The notes: generated from the letters alone by a model not told the origin. A stretch of DNA of 64,000 nucleotides from Octopus vulgaris (GCA_951406725.2 OX597831.1:31000001-31064000), one strand, 5' to 3'. Positions 12,630 through 25,290 are shown, counted from the stretch's first letter. A program made the numbers and translations.

Positions 12630-13030
12630 GTGGCACACCGCGCCGGACAAAACGTTTAGCGGCATTTCTTGCAGCTTTATTCTCCGACGAATATGAAGTC
12701 AACTTTGTCTTCCAGTCTTACTGGGTCGATGAAATAAGTACCAGTTGAGCAATAGGATCGATGTACTTGATTCGCCCTCCCCACACGATTTCAGGCCTTG
12801 TGCCAATAATAGAAAAAATATTATTAGAGCGACGTGCAAGCAGAATTGTACACCGCATCAAACAAAATGCTTAGCGGCATATCTTCTGGCTCGTTAAGCA
12901 CCACCAGTCAAATTTTCCTTTCATCTTTACGGGGATCGATAAAATAAGTACCAGTCAACCACTGGGTCGATGTAATCTACTTGCTTCCTCCCCTCAATGT
13001 ACATGTCTCCGGCCTAAATTAGGAAGAATT
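12630..13030 (+). mobile_element. Two adjacent decayed SINE family A copies
   Basis: GTCGATGAAATAAGTACCAGT and GATCGATAAAATAAGTACCAGTC domain motifs. Confidence 0.65.
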
Positions 13031-13559
13031 ATTGTTGTTGTTTTTTTGTTGATGTTATTGTTGTCGTTGCGTAGCTTCAGGCGATCATTGAATGAACAAG
13101 CATACGATCAAAGACTTTGCAGCCACAACAATAACAATACCATCTGTTTCAAGTACAAAAAAAAAAATCTATCACCATCATCATCATTATCATAATGTTA
13201 TTGTTCTACGACTTGATTTGAACATAACCAACTAAACCTTATAAGACAATTATTTATCACCACCAACACCAACACCAATACCATCATCAAGAGCATGTTA
13301 GTGATCATGACTGTTTCTTCTTCTTCTTCTTCTTCTTCTTCTTCTTCTTCTTCTTCTTCTTCTTCTTCTTCTTCTTCTTCTTCTTCTTCTTCTTCTTCTT
13401 CTTCTTCTTCTTCTTCTCTTCACTGCGGAATATATAAGACGTGTTTTCAAACGCTCCAGGTTGGTGCAGCTTAAAACATTTATTTTTGGTGCTTATTTGC
13501 ATTATTTATTTTATTCCAAGTTGTCAATAGAAACACCAAGAACCTATTACTGGTTTTCT

Positions 13560-14935
13560 ATGGCTGTTTAACCCTTCTAAGGGCTATATTCGTCCCACCA
13601 AATAAGTTCGGTGGGCGTTTAATTTAAACAAACACAACTCAACAAAATGGCTGAGCACGTCTTGAAAGAGTTGAGAAAAACCAAAACAACACCTTCCACG
13701 AATCTGGTGACTTCTGAAGATTTCCTTCCCCTCCACTCCGTTACCGGCAACAATACAGGTGAAGAGGAGGAGGAAAACGAAACTGTTACGGTATAAGTCA
13801 TAGTAACAGCAGCAGTAACAGCCGTCCAAGAATTTGGACCTGGAGATCTCTATTTCCAGCAACTTCGAGGGCCACCTCCCAGTGGTGTCGGGCGTCAACG
13901 AAGAGCCCTCGACTACAACACAATCGAAGGAGAGGGGCTTTCTCCGTCCGGGTTGGGGATCCGTGGAATAAGCTGCCGGACGAGATAGTAAAGATGCCGA
14001 CGACCGCTCGGTCCAAAGTCTCCCTTGACCACAAATGGCCTGAACTCTTTGCATGAACACCACCCTGTACATAACTCCATGTCCCTCTACATGGCCTTGC
14101 TTTTTGCTTTTTGAGCCAAAAAATTAACTTAATTTTACTTAACAACAAGACGACCAAAGTATTTTTTCCAAGGTCTGGGGGTCTCCCGCCCCTAAGCCCT
14201 AGACCATCACCTAATCACCCTTACCCGTCTTGTGGCTTAACAACAACAGCAGCAGTAACAGTAACAGCAACAGTGGTAGCAGTGAAAACAGCAGAAGCAG
14301 CATCTGTGACAACAACCGCTAGCAGTAGTGTTCTTGCATTACTGACATGTGGAGTTATGTTGAACAACTGTTATCACGTGTAGGACAGATCCCGCTATCA
14401 GCCGAGTCCATAGCGAAGATCGACTCGCCGCCTTCCATTGGTCTGGAAGGGCTGGCAATTTTCCTCTGTCTGATAGCAGTAGCGAAAAAGGTTGTGTGGT
14501 TGACCAGTTTGAAAGGACTGAAAACAGACACTTTTCTCTTCGGCCAATTTCTCATCAACTTTTTTTGAATTTCACTTGGAAAAGAAGGAGTGGTGGGCAG
14601 AAAAGTGCTGAATAGTGGGTGAATGTAGCGAAAACGGCCCGCCCGTGTGAGTGGATCTACTCTAACAATACGCCTGTAGGCTAGTGAATCTGAGAGGGAG
14701 AAGGGTGCCATTCCCACTACACCCTCAAAGCATCGAGCGGTCCAGGATTGGTGGGTACCTGAACCAACTCCAGGTGATCCCCACCCCTATTGGGGAACTT
14801 TCACTGTTATATTCTTTTCGTTTAATACTGCTATAGTTTTAATTGTGTACTCGTTGTTTTGTGTAAAATTGTCACTGTCCACGCCTACTGTATTGTCCCC
14901 AATATGTCGGCTCTGGTAGACAATAAATGAAATAA
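13560..14935 (+). mobile_element. Internally deleted Tx1/L1-like LINE remnant
   Basis: ORF1-like start MAEHVLKELRKTK (ATG at about 13647). ORF2 C-terminus-like WSYVEQLLS...FLCLIAVAKKVVW (14347-14568). The 3' UTR ends ...CAATAAATGAAATAA. No RT domain is seen. Confidence 0.5.
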
Positions 14936-14962
14936 TAATAATAACTTAGCATCATCATCATC

Positions 14963-14993
<31 letters not shown>

Positions 14994-15015
14994 CCGTCGT
15001 CATTATTATCCAATA

Positions 15016-15187
15016 TTGGCAGAAACGTTGGTACTCCGAGCAAAATGCTTAGTGACATTTCGTCTGTCTTTCTATTCTGAATTCAAATTCTGCCAAGGTC
15101 AACTTTGCCTTTCATCCTTTCGTGGTCGATTAATCGACTATTCCCCTTTTCCCCAAAATTCAAGGCCTTGTACCTATAGTAGAAAAG

Positions 15188-15259
<72 letters not shown>

Positions 15260-15266
15260 GTTATTA

Positions 15267-15297
<31 letters not shown>

Positions 15298-15715
15298 CAT
15301 TATTATTATTATTATTATCACGGTGGCAAACTGGCAGAATCGTTAGCGTGCTGGACAAAATGCTTTGCGGTATTTCGTCTGCTGGTACGTTCTGAGTTCA
15401 AATGCCACAGGGGTCGACTTTGCCTTTTATCCTTTCGAAGTCGATAAATTAAGTACCAGTTGAGTACGGCGGTCGATGTGAGCAACTGTTCCCCTCCCCA
15501 CAAAATCCAGACCGTATGCCTATAGTAGAAAGTATTATTATTATTATTATTATTATCATTAAGGCGGACATTTCATTCGTCTCTACGTTCTGAGTTTAAA
15601 TGCCACTGATATCGACTCTATCTTTCATCCTTTCGGATGTATCTGATGAGCGCTGGCATCGATATTATCGACTTACACCCTCCCATACAATTATTGGCCT
15701 TGTGGCAAAATTTGA
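15016..15715 (+). mobile_element. Three SINE family A copies separated by (ATC)n/(TTA)n
   Basis: Repeated TGGCAGAA...GTTCTGAGTTCAAAT...CTTTGCCTTTCATCCTTTCG motifs. Confidence 0.75.
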
Positions 15716-16233
15716 GATCATCATCATCATCATCATTATCATGCGTGGTTTCAGAGGTGATTAAGTTACTATTTTTAGAGAGCAGAGTGACTACGCAGGG
15801 GTTCCTTTCTTCTCTCGGGTATGTTATGTTTGGTATTTGTTGGTGTGGAATTTTCCACCGATATATTTTTCGTGGATATTCTTAGCTTCTGTAGTACTTT
15901 TAATATCTCTCCAAATAGTCCTTCTTTCGGCTGGCATTCAATATTGTTTTAACGAGAACATCAAGTTGCGTAGGAAGATAATATATTGATCACATTCTAG
16001 AGAAGCTAGTGATTATAAATAAAATGTCTACATTCTTATGTATGTATGTATGTATGTATGTATGTATGTATGTATGTATGTATGTATGTATGTATGTATG
16101 TATGTATGTATGCATGTATGTGTGTGTATGTATGCATGTGAGTGTATGCAATTATGTATACACGCACATATATATATACATGCATATGAGTATGTGTATC
16201 TATCTATCTATCTATCCATCTGTTTTTCTATCC

Positions 16234-16268
<35 letters not shown>

Positions 16269-16294
16269 CATCTGTCTTTCTATCCATCTATCTA

Positions 16295-16645
16295 TCTTGA
16301 CCAAGGTTACCGTGGTCTTTTTCGTAGGCTTTTCTTCCCACGGATAAACCTTACTTGCTTTCCCCTTTTCACCATACATCATGACACTGTGATACACGAT
16401 CCCTATTGATCGTTTTTTTCTCCTCTTCCCCTTGTTCCTCTTCTTTCTTCTTTTTTCATTTTTCTTTTCTTTTGTTCCTTTTCGCTTTTTTCTTTTCCTT
16501 TTTTTTTCTTTTTTTCTATTTTTTGTTCTTTTTTCCCTTTTGATCGAAAACCTACGCCACCTTTTTTTTCTCCCCCAAAAGAAAAGCTCTACCTTGTAAC
16601 TTGTCCCATCTGTGTGCAGCCCTGTGTGGCCAATAAAGAAACTTA
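16295..16645 (+). mobile_element. 5'-truncated LINE 3' UTR (pyrimidine-rich)
   Basis: Ends CTTGTCCCATCTGTGTGCAGCCCTGTGTGGCCAATAAAGAAA, similar to the long tail of SINE family A and to the 3' end at about 14900. Confidence 0.5.
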
Positions 16646-16719
16646 TCTATCCATCTGTCTGTCTATCTGTCTGTTTATCTATCTATGTATCTATCTACCT
16701 ACCTACCTACCTACCTACC

Positions 16720-17276
16720 TATATATATATATATATATAAAACTGAGAATGTCGGTCTGTCTGTCTGTGTGGTTCCCTAAAACTTGAGAACTACGCAACC
16801 AATTTCATTTAAATTTTATATATGTCTTACTTAAGGTCAAGGGAGTGTCATCGGCAAAAAACTAACTTTTTTCCCTAGGGCGACCCCACAGCAATATCAG
16901 AGGTGACACTTTAATTTCTCCTAAGCCCTCACGTCACACAGTTGTTAATGTTGATTTCAGTTGGGTCACGTCCTTCCAATTGCTTTAGATTCGTAATGCA
17001 TCTTACGGCTATGCCTGTCACCTGGATGGTGAGGAATCCTACATTGGGAGTGGTAACGACTAGGGTAGGATAACTGACTCCTATTGTGATCATTCGTCTT
17101 TTGGTTTCCATGTGGCACGATTACAATTTTTTTAGGGTGTGTAAAGAGGGAAACAACCCTCATCTGCAATTTTGATGAAATTCGAAACATAGATATTCCA
17201 GTTCATTCAAAAAATATAACAGAAAAGTCTAATTCTTCAATTGAATGTAACCGGGCAACGCCGGGTATCTCTGCTA

Positions 17277-17277
<1 letters not shown>
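16720..17277 (+). mobile_element. Non-autonomous Helitron
   Basis: 5' CTATATATA...AAAACTGAGAATG, subterminal hairpin ACCGGGCAACGCCGGGT (17250-17266), and 3' CTAG followed by T. Confidence 0.8.
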
Positions 17278-17337
<60 letters not shown>

Positions 17338-17415
17338 TCCTTCTTTATCTAGTTTCAGCTCACGAGCTGTGGCCATGCATACATACATACATACATACAT
17401 ACATCTGTCTGTCTG

Positions 17416-17450
<35 letters not shown>

Positions 17451-17529
17451 ATATATATATATATATATATATACATACATACATACATACATACATCTGT
17501 CTGTCTGCGTTGTTCTCTCTCTCTCTCTC

Positions 17530-17629
<100 letters not shown>

Positions 17630-18121
17630 AACACAAATGGGTTAAAGGCTCACTACAACTGTTTTAGATGCATTTTTTTCATATTGATGAAAGGTTTGAT
17701 TACAACGATTACATCATGGAAAAGTTTTCGTCAGATGATTAAAAATTGAGTTCGGAGACAAAAATACCGCAGGTTGTGGATTGAGTCTCTCAGTAAGGCT
17801 TCACTGAAGAGAGTGAAAACACACCGAAGATTAACTAGATTTAACCAGCTGTGATAATAGAAGCCAACGGATCATAAAAACAATCATCGGACAGTACCAC
17901 ACCTAATTTATTTCTTTAAATGGAACTAGCCAGATAACCTGAAGTCAGCTAACTCCTTCTATTGCTCTAGACGTCATTGAAATGTGTCCAAGCGTGATAA
18001 CATACATAAAATCATACGACTCTTACTTACTTGCATCGATAGATACGCATATATATAGACATAATCTAATACATATGCAGGCACATATACACACATGCAT
18101 GTATATATAATCCGTATTTAA

Positions 18122-18352
18122 TGCGGCGAAGCGGCAGAAACGTTAGCGCGCCGGGCGAAATGCGTAGCCGTATTTCGTCTGTTGTTACGTTCTGAGTCCA
18201 AATTTCGCCGAGGTCGACTTTGCCTTTCATTCTCTCGATGGTCGATAAATAAAGTGCCAGTTTCGCACTGGGTTGATGTAATCGACTTAATCTGTTTGTC
18301 TGTCCTTGTTTGTCCCCTCTGTGTTTAGCCCCTTGTGGGTAGTAAAGAAATA
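18122..18352 (+). mobile_element. SINE family A, near full length with long tail
   Basis: GCGGCGAAGCGGCAGAAACGTTAGCGCGCCGGGCGAAATG...CCCCTTGTGGGTAGTAAAGAAATA. Confidence 0.85.
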
Positions 18353-19169
18353 TATATAATCCATATTTAGGGAATGGAGGAGGTAAAATCCAGGCTACAT
18401 ATGTTTCCTAGTTAGCAGAACCTCGGAAGTAGTAATTAGTCAACGAGGAGTACTCCGCTAGCAACACAATGGGTTAATGGTTTCTTAAATGAAGGTTACA
18501 CTGTCGTGAAGGGGTCCGATGTTATCTCACTGAAGATTTGATTGAAAATACATTGCAGCGTGGATTTTTATTCGCATAGACAACAATCCCAGTTGCTAAC
18601 CGTGAACTATAAAATAACATTTTTGCAGCTTATCGAACTTTGATATGGGAAACATTTACAACCTTCTGTGCCAATAAACTGCTATTATTTGTGAAAGTTG
18701 TTTTGTATATTTTCTACCGTCTGCTCAATGCTTACTGACTTGGTACCGCTGGATCCATGGATCTTATCTTACATATGATAATATACATTCATACATACAT
18801 ACATACGTATGTGTGTGTGTGTGTGTGTGTGTGTGTATTTACACACATATCTCGCAGACTGGGCGGAGTAGGTATAAACTTGCTGTAGCGATACGCGATT
18901 CCCTAGTGTTAATATAAATTACCCTAATCCGGCACGCTTACGTAGAGGAGTGAAAGCTGTGAATAAAATATTGATAATGAAACTAGTACATGTGCTCTGA
19001 CAACTGTCATAATTCTAACGTAATTTAATATGATGCATCTACACTTGTCCTAACTGTACCAACCCTGCTACTGTCAGCAATAATAATCATGTTAGCAATT
19101 ATAGTAATGTTATTGAATCATAGAGATGTTTAATTAGTTTTAATGCAACACTTAAGTTATATGATAATA

Positions 19170-19375
19170 GTGGTTCTAAGTAGCCTGATACCCCCTGGAA
19201 TATGCAACTGTCATAACAGACATATCTGCCCGCTTAATAATACCTGTTTACTTAAGAATATAGTTTACAAGTGGGATTAAATAACTGACTCATACACCAT
19301 CACCTACACAGACTCGACGATTGACAACTTCAAATCTAGATTGCATAATCACATCTTGTCATTTAAACATAATAG
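19170..19375 (+). pseudogene. Penelope-like element GIY-YIG endonuclease remnant
   Basis: Translates CNCHNRHICPLNNTCLLKNIVYKWD*ITDSYTITYTDSTIDNFKSRLHNHILSFKH: a Cys linker, IVY...Y motifs and the conserved R...H. Confidence 0.75.
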
Positions 19376-20187
19376 AGGTGCTGTACCGTTGAATAAAAAC
19401 CGGTGTTTTGCAGTGTTAATAATTATTCTCTTATTTATGTTTTAGATATGGTTGGATAACCAGAAGACGTCACGGAAAGAGCTTGTGTTCAGTTAGACTA
19501 CTCATTAACTTATTTTCTCGAGGCTAATGTAGTTTTCATTACCATTTAAATAGACATATTCTGTCATGTTTGAAGTTGCATACAAGTGGAGCCAACAGCA
19601 CCGTGGCCTCAAGTATATCAATAAGCTTCATTATCCTGCCAAGATTAACTACTAGCAACAAAAGCCAAATGCCTGCTGCTAAGTTTAGGTTTATTCAACT
19701 TAGCTGCTGTTAGTTAACTAGGAAATGTCGTAACATCTAAGAAGACTTTCGAGAATCTCGTCTAAAGAGTGTCGGAAAAGTGCCTATTTGCATTTCTTCC
19801 GCTTTTTACGTTCTGATTTCAAATTCACCCTAGACCAACTTTGTCTTTCACTCTTTAAGGCTGGATAAAATAAAGTACCAGTGAAATACTGGGGATGGTA
19901 GTAACAAATAACACCTCCTTTCAAAACTACTGGTTCTGTGCCTCAATCAGATACCGAGCTAGCAGAATCTGTAGTTGCAATGTTATTATCAGTCCGAACA
20001 TGCTGGATGCACGTTCGAACTGGGGAACTGCATTTTGTCACAGAGAGTATATCTCTGCATTTGTGGTAGGCGCACATGTATATGTAGGCGCGTGCGTCTG
20101 CCTGCGTGTATGTGTGTCTCTGTGCCCGTGTGTGTAGGAAGGTATATATAGTTGTGAGGTTGTGTATGTATATGCATATCTATGTTA

Positions 20188-20272
<85 letters not shown>

Positions 20273-20350
20273 CAAGTATGCGAGTGGGTGTATGTGCCTG
20301 GTATTAGAGTATATGTATGAACGTGTGTAGGATATATGTGTGTGTCTGTG

Positions 20351-20389
<39 letters not shown>

Positions 20390-20496
20390 AATCAAAGTAA
20401 GCAACAAGAATATCTTCGGTAATTTGGTACAATCGTTTCTCGCTACATCATTTTATTAAACATTGCAAGTATTACATCAGTTTTAAAATATTGAGC

Positions 20497-20575
<79 letters not shown>

Positions 20576-20594
20576 TAAAAAATGGAGTTAACGC

Positions 20595-20683
20595 AGGTGT
20601 AAACAAATATTTTTACTTTCGACACATGTTTCGAAAATTGCACTGATACTATTCAAAAGAATAAATGGTATAAACAATGCAAT

Positions 20684-20722
<39 letters not shown>

Positions 20723-21414
20723 GGAGGTGTATGTATATGTATGCACACAAAACTGTTTGACTAAGTATTCGTTTTCCTGTTTATCCTATTATTATTCTTT
20801 CTTTTTCTTCTAAGCAGTTATGAAGTCGAAAGCTGATTAAGGTCATTTTATCTAAACAGGAATGCAAAATTTCCCCTCTGTATTTGCATTTTTAGGTTTC
20901 TGCAATCTTGTTTTCATTTTATTCATTCTATAAGTAGACGGGCTTCTAACAACATGGCGGCGACACTCAAGATCTTTCCTGAGACACAATTTTATCTATG
21001 GAGGTACCTGATGAGACCCAGACTGCACGATGGAGGCAATACAGCATGTTGAGCAGAGTCCCATACATAAGGGACAATAACAGGACGGGTCGAAAAGAAC
21101 CTTGTACAGAATAAAGTTTAATACTAAATCCATCTTCTCGTTACTTAATACACTGACACTGTGGAGTACCTGAGGTAGATCCAACGGAAATATACCCCGA
21201 CAGCAGATGACAACAAGTTCCACAAATTGTACCAGTGCTCTACTCAACACTTCAACACGCTAATCGACTTATACCTACTAGTCCAAAATATTCATTATAT
21301 TGCTATATATATATATATATATAGGTGTAATCAAATATTTTTACTTTCGACACATGTTTCGAAAGTTCCACTGATACTATTCAAAAGAATAAATGGTATA
21401 AACAATGCAATCTT
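20595..21414. repeat. ~92-bp direct repeat (20595-20686 and 21323-21414) bracketing a hammerhead-containing segment
   Basis: AGGTGTAA(A/T)CAAATATTTTTACTTTCGACACATGTTTCGAAA...CAATGCAATCTT occurs twice. The minus strand has GAAAC-ATGT-GTC. Confidence 0.85.
21004..21107 (+). ncRNA. Type I hammerhead-like motif with an extended stem II loop
   Basis: GTAC-CTGATGA-GACCC-(67 nt including a GTCCC/GGGAC hairpin)-GGGTC-GAAAAG-AAC-CTT-GTAC. There is one extra A in the GAAA segment. Confidence 0.55.
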
Positions 21415-21480
21415 CTCCTCAGGTAACTATTTATTTTTTCCGTGTTAATTGTTAACAAGGTAAAAATACACTCATCTATT

Positions 21481-21572
<92 letters not shown>

Positions 21573-21598
21573 TGTGTTGTATAAAGGATAGTGGGTAA

Positions 21599-21893
21599 GG
21601 CCAGGGCAATGCGAAGTAAATGTAAGGTAAATCACAAGAAAACAAACTTACGAATTACTGTAGACTTACTTTGCATTCAATATTTCGGGGTTATGACCCC
21701 ATTTTCAAGAAATTAACGAATGTTGCCGATGTGCGTGTGTGTGAGCGTGTGTGGAGTGAACAACGGCAACATTCATCAATTTCTTGAAAATGGGGTCATA
21801 ACCCCGAAATATTGAATGCAAGGTAAGTCTACATTAATTCACATGTTTGTTTTCTTGTGATTTGCCTTACATTTACTTCGCACTGTTCTGTCC
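21599..21893. repeat. Fold-back element: ~130-bp inverted arms, 35-nt spacer, hammerhead-like motif in each arm
   Basis: Arms 21599-21728 and 21764-21893 are reverse complements. TTC-TTGAAAA-T-GGGG-TCATAA-CCCC-GAAAT-ATT-GAA lies at 21781-21816. Confidence 0.9.
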
Positions 21894-21942
21894 ATGCCCT
21901 TTATATAATATATTCTACACAATACTTCATATTAATTATTCA

Positions 21943-21996
<54 letters not shown>

Positions 21997-22039
21997 GTAT
22001 GTATGTATGTATGTATATATATATAGAGAGAGAGGGACC

Positions 22040-22112
<73 letters not shown>

Positions 22113-22199
22113 GGATAGAAATTCGTATATATGTGCATGTATATGCATGCATGTATGCATGTATGTATGTATGTATATATATATAGAGAGAGAGCTAGC

Positions 22200-22282
<83 letters not shown>

Positions 22283-22445
22283 GTTGATGGATAGAAATTC
22301 GTATATATGTGCATGGGTGTGTGCAAGTGAGAAAGAGAGGGAAAAGAAAATGCATGTAAGTGAGCGTGTGTCTGTGTGTCTATGCGTGTATGAGTACGAG
22401 TGGCTGGGTGAGTGAAAGAACTCAAGACTAAGGAATAGATTGTGT

Positions 22446-22640
22446 GGCGGCGAGCTGACAGAATCGTTGGCACACCGGATAAAAAGTTTAGCGGCATTTC
22501 GTCCGTCTTTACGTTCTGAGTTCAAATTCCGCCGAGGTCTGCTTTACCTGTTATCCTTTCGGAATTCGATAAATTAAAAACCAGTTGTGTACTGAAGGTC
22601 GATGTAATCGACTATCCCCTCCGCGAAATTTCAGGCCTGT
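22446..22640 (+). mobile_element. SINE family A copy
   Basis: GGCGGCGAGCTGACAGAATCGTTGGCACACCGG...GTTCTGAGTTCAAATTCCGCCGAGG. Confidence 0.85.
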
Positions 22641-22969
22641 ATGTATGTATGTATGTGTGATTAAAACATTAAACGAATTAATAAATGCGAAACGCAGCAT
22701 TTTGTATATTTTAGTACATGTGTAGAATAGAAATTAAGCTTATGTCGATAGCTCATTAAACAAACTATACGAAATATCGTATACGATTTAGTTGTGTCTT
22801 CAGAGGGTCATTATGCCAATAATAATAAGCACACGCATTGGTTCAATATCACTTCCTTATCCATTACTATTCGCAACCTCGTCAGTGTTATGCCCTCAAT
22901 CTTGCTGGCCCGCCTTAAGTCTGTCTGCGAATTGGTGCTATGCTAGTGTGTATGCATATATGCATATAT

Positions 22970-23633
22970 GTCATTATTCAGTTCTATTTCAAGTTTTCTT
23001 GCCAATAGAGAAAGAGCTGGTTTCTTACCTACATCCAAGACTCTTTCATTGGAATTTCAACAACATCAAAAGGGTACTTTTGTATGCATGTATACGTACA
23101 TATTTTTATGTTTTGTTTTATGTAAGTATTCATATGCATATAGTTACATGTCCAGACACGCTCATTATTACTTAAATGATAAACTTCTGGAAAGTTTTAT
23201 AAATTTTTACAGTTTCAGTGATGGCTTGAATATGTAAACTTTGAATCAGCTTTCTCCTTTTGGGTTTGAGTAGCCTAATTTCTTAAAATTGATGTGTATG
23301 TATGTATGTATGTATGTATGTATGTATGTATGTATGTATGTCATTGTTAGGTTTTATTTCAAGATTTCTTGCCAATAGAGAAAGAGCCGGTTTCTAATTT
23401 AGATTCAAGCCTCCTTCATTGGAATTTTAACATCAACAACAGTGCATTCTTGCTTGTATGTATGTATGTATGTATGTGTGCAGATTTGTATGTTTTACTT
23501 TATGTATGCATTCTCATACATATAGTTACATATCTAGACATGCACATATATATTTAAATGATACACTTCTGGAAAGTTTTACAGACTTTTACAATTCCAG
23601 TGATGGATTGAATATGTAGTCTTTGAATTAGCT

Positions 23634-23635
<2 letters not shown>
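22970..23635. repeat. Two tandem ~370-bp units of an interspersed repeat with a degenerate hammerhead-like motif
   Basis: GTCATT...TTCTTGCCAATAGAGAAAGAGC...CTTCTGGAAAGTTTT...GAAT(C/T)AGCTT at 22970 and 23340. Minus strand: CCAATGA...GAAACCGGCTC. Confidence 0.8.
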
Positions 23636-23665
<30 letters not shown>

Positions 23666-23844
23666 TGTATGTATGTATGTATGTATGTATGTATGTATGT
23701 ATGTATGTATGTGTGTATGTATGTATGTATGTGCATGTATGTATGTGTGTATGTATGTATGTGTGTATGTATGTATGTATGTGCATGTATGTATGTGTGT
23801 ATGTATGTATGTGTATATGTATGTAGATATGTACACTCAGCTGG

Positions 23845-24040
23845 CAAAAATGAGTAGTACCTGTATTTCTAAGAGCCAGCATTGTCACACACTGTGTCAC
23901 GCTAAATCTTCCCGAGTACTACGTTAAGGGTACACTTGTCTGTGGAGTGCTCAGCCACTTGCACTTTAATTTCACGAGCAATCTGTCTCTATTGATAGTA
24001 TCAGCAGGGACCCTCGTCGTCACAATCGACGGAGGGCTTC
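23845..24040 (+). mobile_element. SINE family C 3' tail fragment
   Basis: CTACGTTAAGGGTACACTTGTCTGTGGAGTGCTCAGCCACTT matches the tail of 55972-56358. Confidence 0.75.
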
Positions 24041-24141
24041 TTTATGTAGATATGTGGTTACTTATAAGAGAAGGGAAGGCAGAGAGTAAATGATGAGTAT
24101 GAGGGTGGTTTTGAGTAAACATTCACTTACCTACCAGTAGG

Positions 24142-24193
<52 letters not shown>

Positions 24194-24312
24194 TTTTGGT
24201 GATCCGTGACCTCATTAACAGTCCGGCCTTTTTAATCAACTTCAGTTCGTCATTACGGAGATATACTTGCATAGCAAGTGACTTCATCTGAGATCGTGTG
24301 CTGGAACGAAAA

Positions 24313-24565
24313 CAATTGCAGCGTGGAAGGTGTTTATAAGCCATTTAAGAAACACACAAAACCGTTAGATTCACTTCAACATTTAAATTTAATTTGTCAA
24401 AATATTTTCGTCGCTTTGAGACCGCGACCTGTTCACTGACAAAGCTTCGTGCTGCGTCTGAAAGCGACGAAAATATTTTGACAAATTAAATTTAAATGTT
24501 GAAGTGAATCTAACGGTTTTGTGTGTTTCTTAAATGACTTATAAACACCTTCCACGATGCAATTG
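24313..24565. repeat. Fold-back element: 105-bp near-perfect inverted arms with a 43-nt spacer
   Basis: Arms 24313-24417 and 24461-24565; I count about 2 mismatches by eye. Confidence 0.95.
24393..24443 (-). ncRNA. Type I hammerhead-like ribozyme, G3-C8 variant
   Basis: Minus strand: TTTGTCA-GTGAACA-G-GTCGC-GGTCTCAAA-GCGAC-GAAA-ATAT-TT-TGACAAA, with a 7-bp stem I, 5-bp stem II and palindromic minimal stem III. Confidence 0.7.
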
Positions 24566-24837
24566 AGTTCGTCATTGTCATCTAGTAAAGATTTATGGAT
24601 GTAGCTCCTCGTGTCGGTCGTGGTGGGGAGGGAGGAAGGCTGGAGAGATCAGTGTGTGTGTGTGTGTGTACTCATGCGTATGTGCGTGTGTGTATGTGTG
24701 TGCGCGTGTGTAAGTGTGCGCGTATGAGGGTGCGCATTAGAGGTCATATTCGTTGGATTGAGTCGGTTCAGTATGTTCGTGTAAATATTCGTAAATGAGT
24801 GAATGTATGTATGTCTGTTTGTGCGTACATACATGTA

Positions 24838-24999
24838 CGCACAGGAGTGGCTGTGTGGTAAGTAGCTTGTTTACCAACCACATGGTTCCGGGTTCAGTCC
24901 CACTGCGTGGCACTTTGGGCAAGTGTCTTCTACTACAGCCTCGGGCCGACCATAGCCTTGTGAGTGGATTTGGTAGACGGAAACTGAAAGAAGCCCGTC

Positions 25000-25062
<63 letters not shown>

Positions 25063-25290
25063 TGTGTGCATGTGTGTGTTTGTGTGTCTGTATTTGTCCC
25101 CCTAGTATTGCTTGACAACCGATGCTGGTTTGTTTATGTCCCCGTTACTTAGCGGTTCGGCAAAAGAGACCGATAGAATAAGTACTGGGCTTACAAAAGA
25201 ATAAGTCCCGGAGTCGATTTGCACGATTAAAGGCGGTGCTCCAGCATGGCCGCAGTCAAATGACTGAAACAAGTAAAAGAGTAAAGAATA
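24838..25290 (+). mobile_element. SINE family B, full length with internal (TA)n
   Basis: CAGGAGTGGCTGTGTGGTAAGTAGC...GGTTCAGTCCC...TTGGGCAAGTGTC...GACTGAAACAAGTAAAAGAG. Confidence 0.9.

Noticed and set aside
17640-17870. Additional hammerhead-like remnants (CTGAAGA near 17804; also near 27035 and 53175)
   Set aside because: Too degenerate to draw all three stems.
21950-22320. ~175-bp duplicated compound microsatellite unit
   Set aside because: Real, but explained by slippage or unequal exchange.
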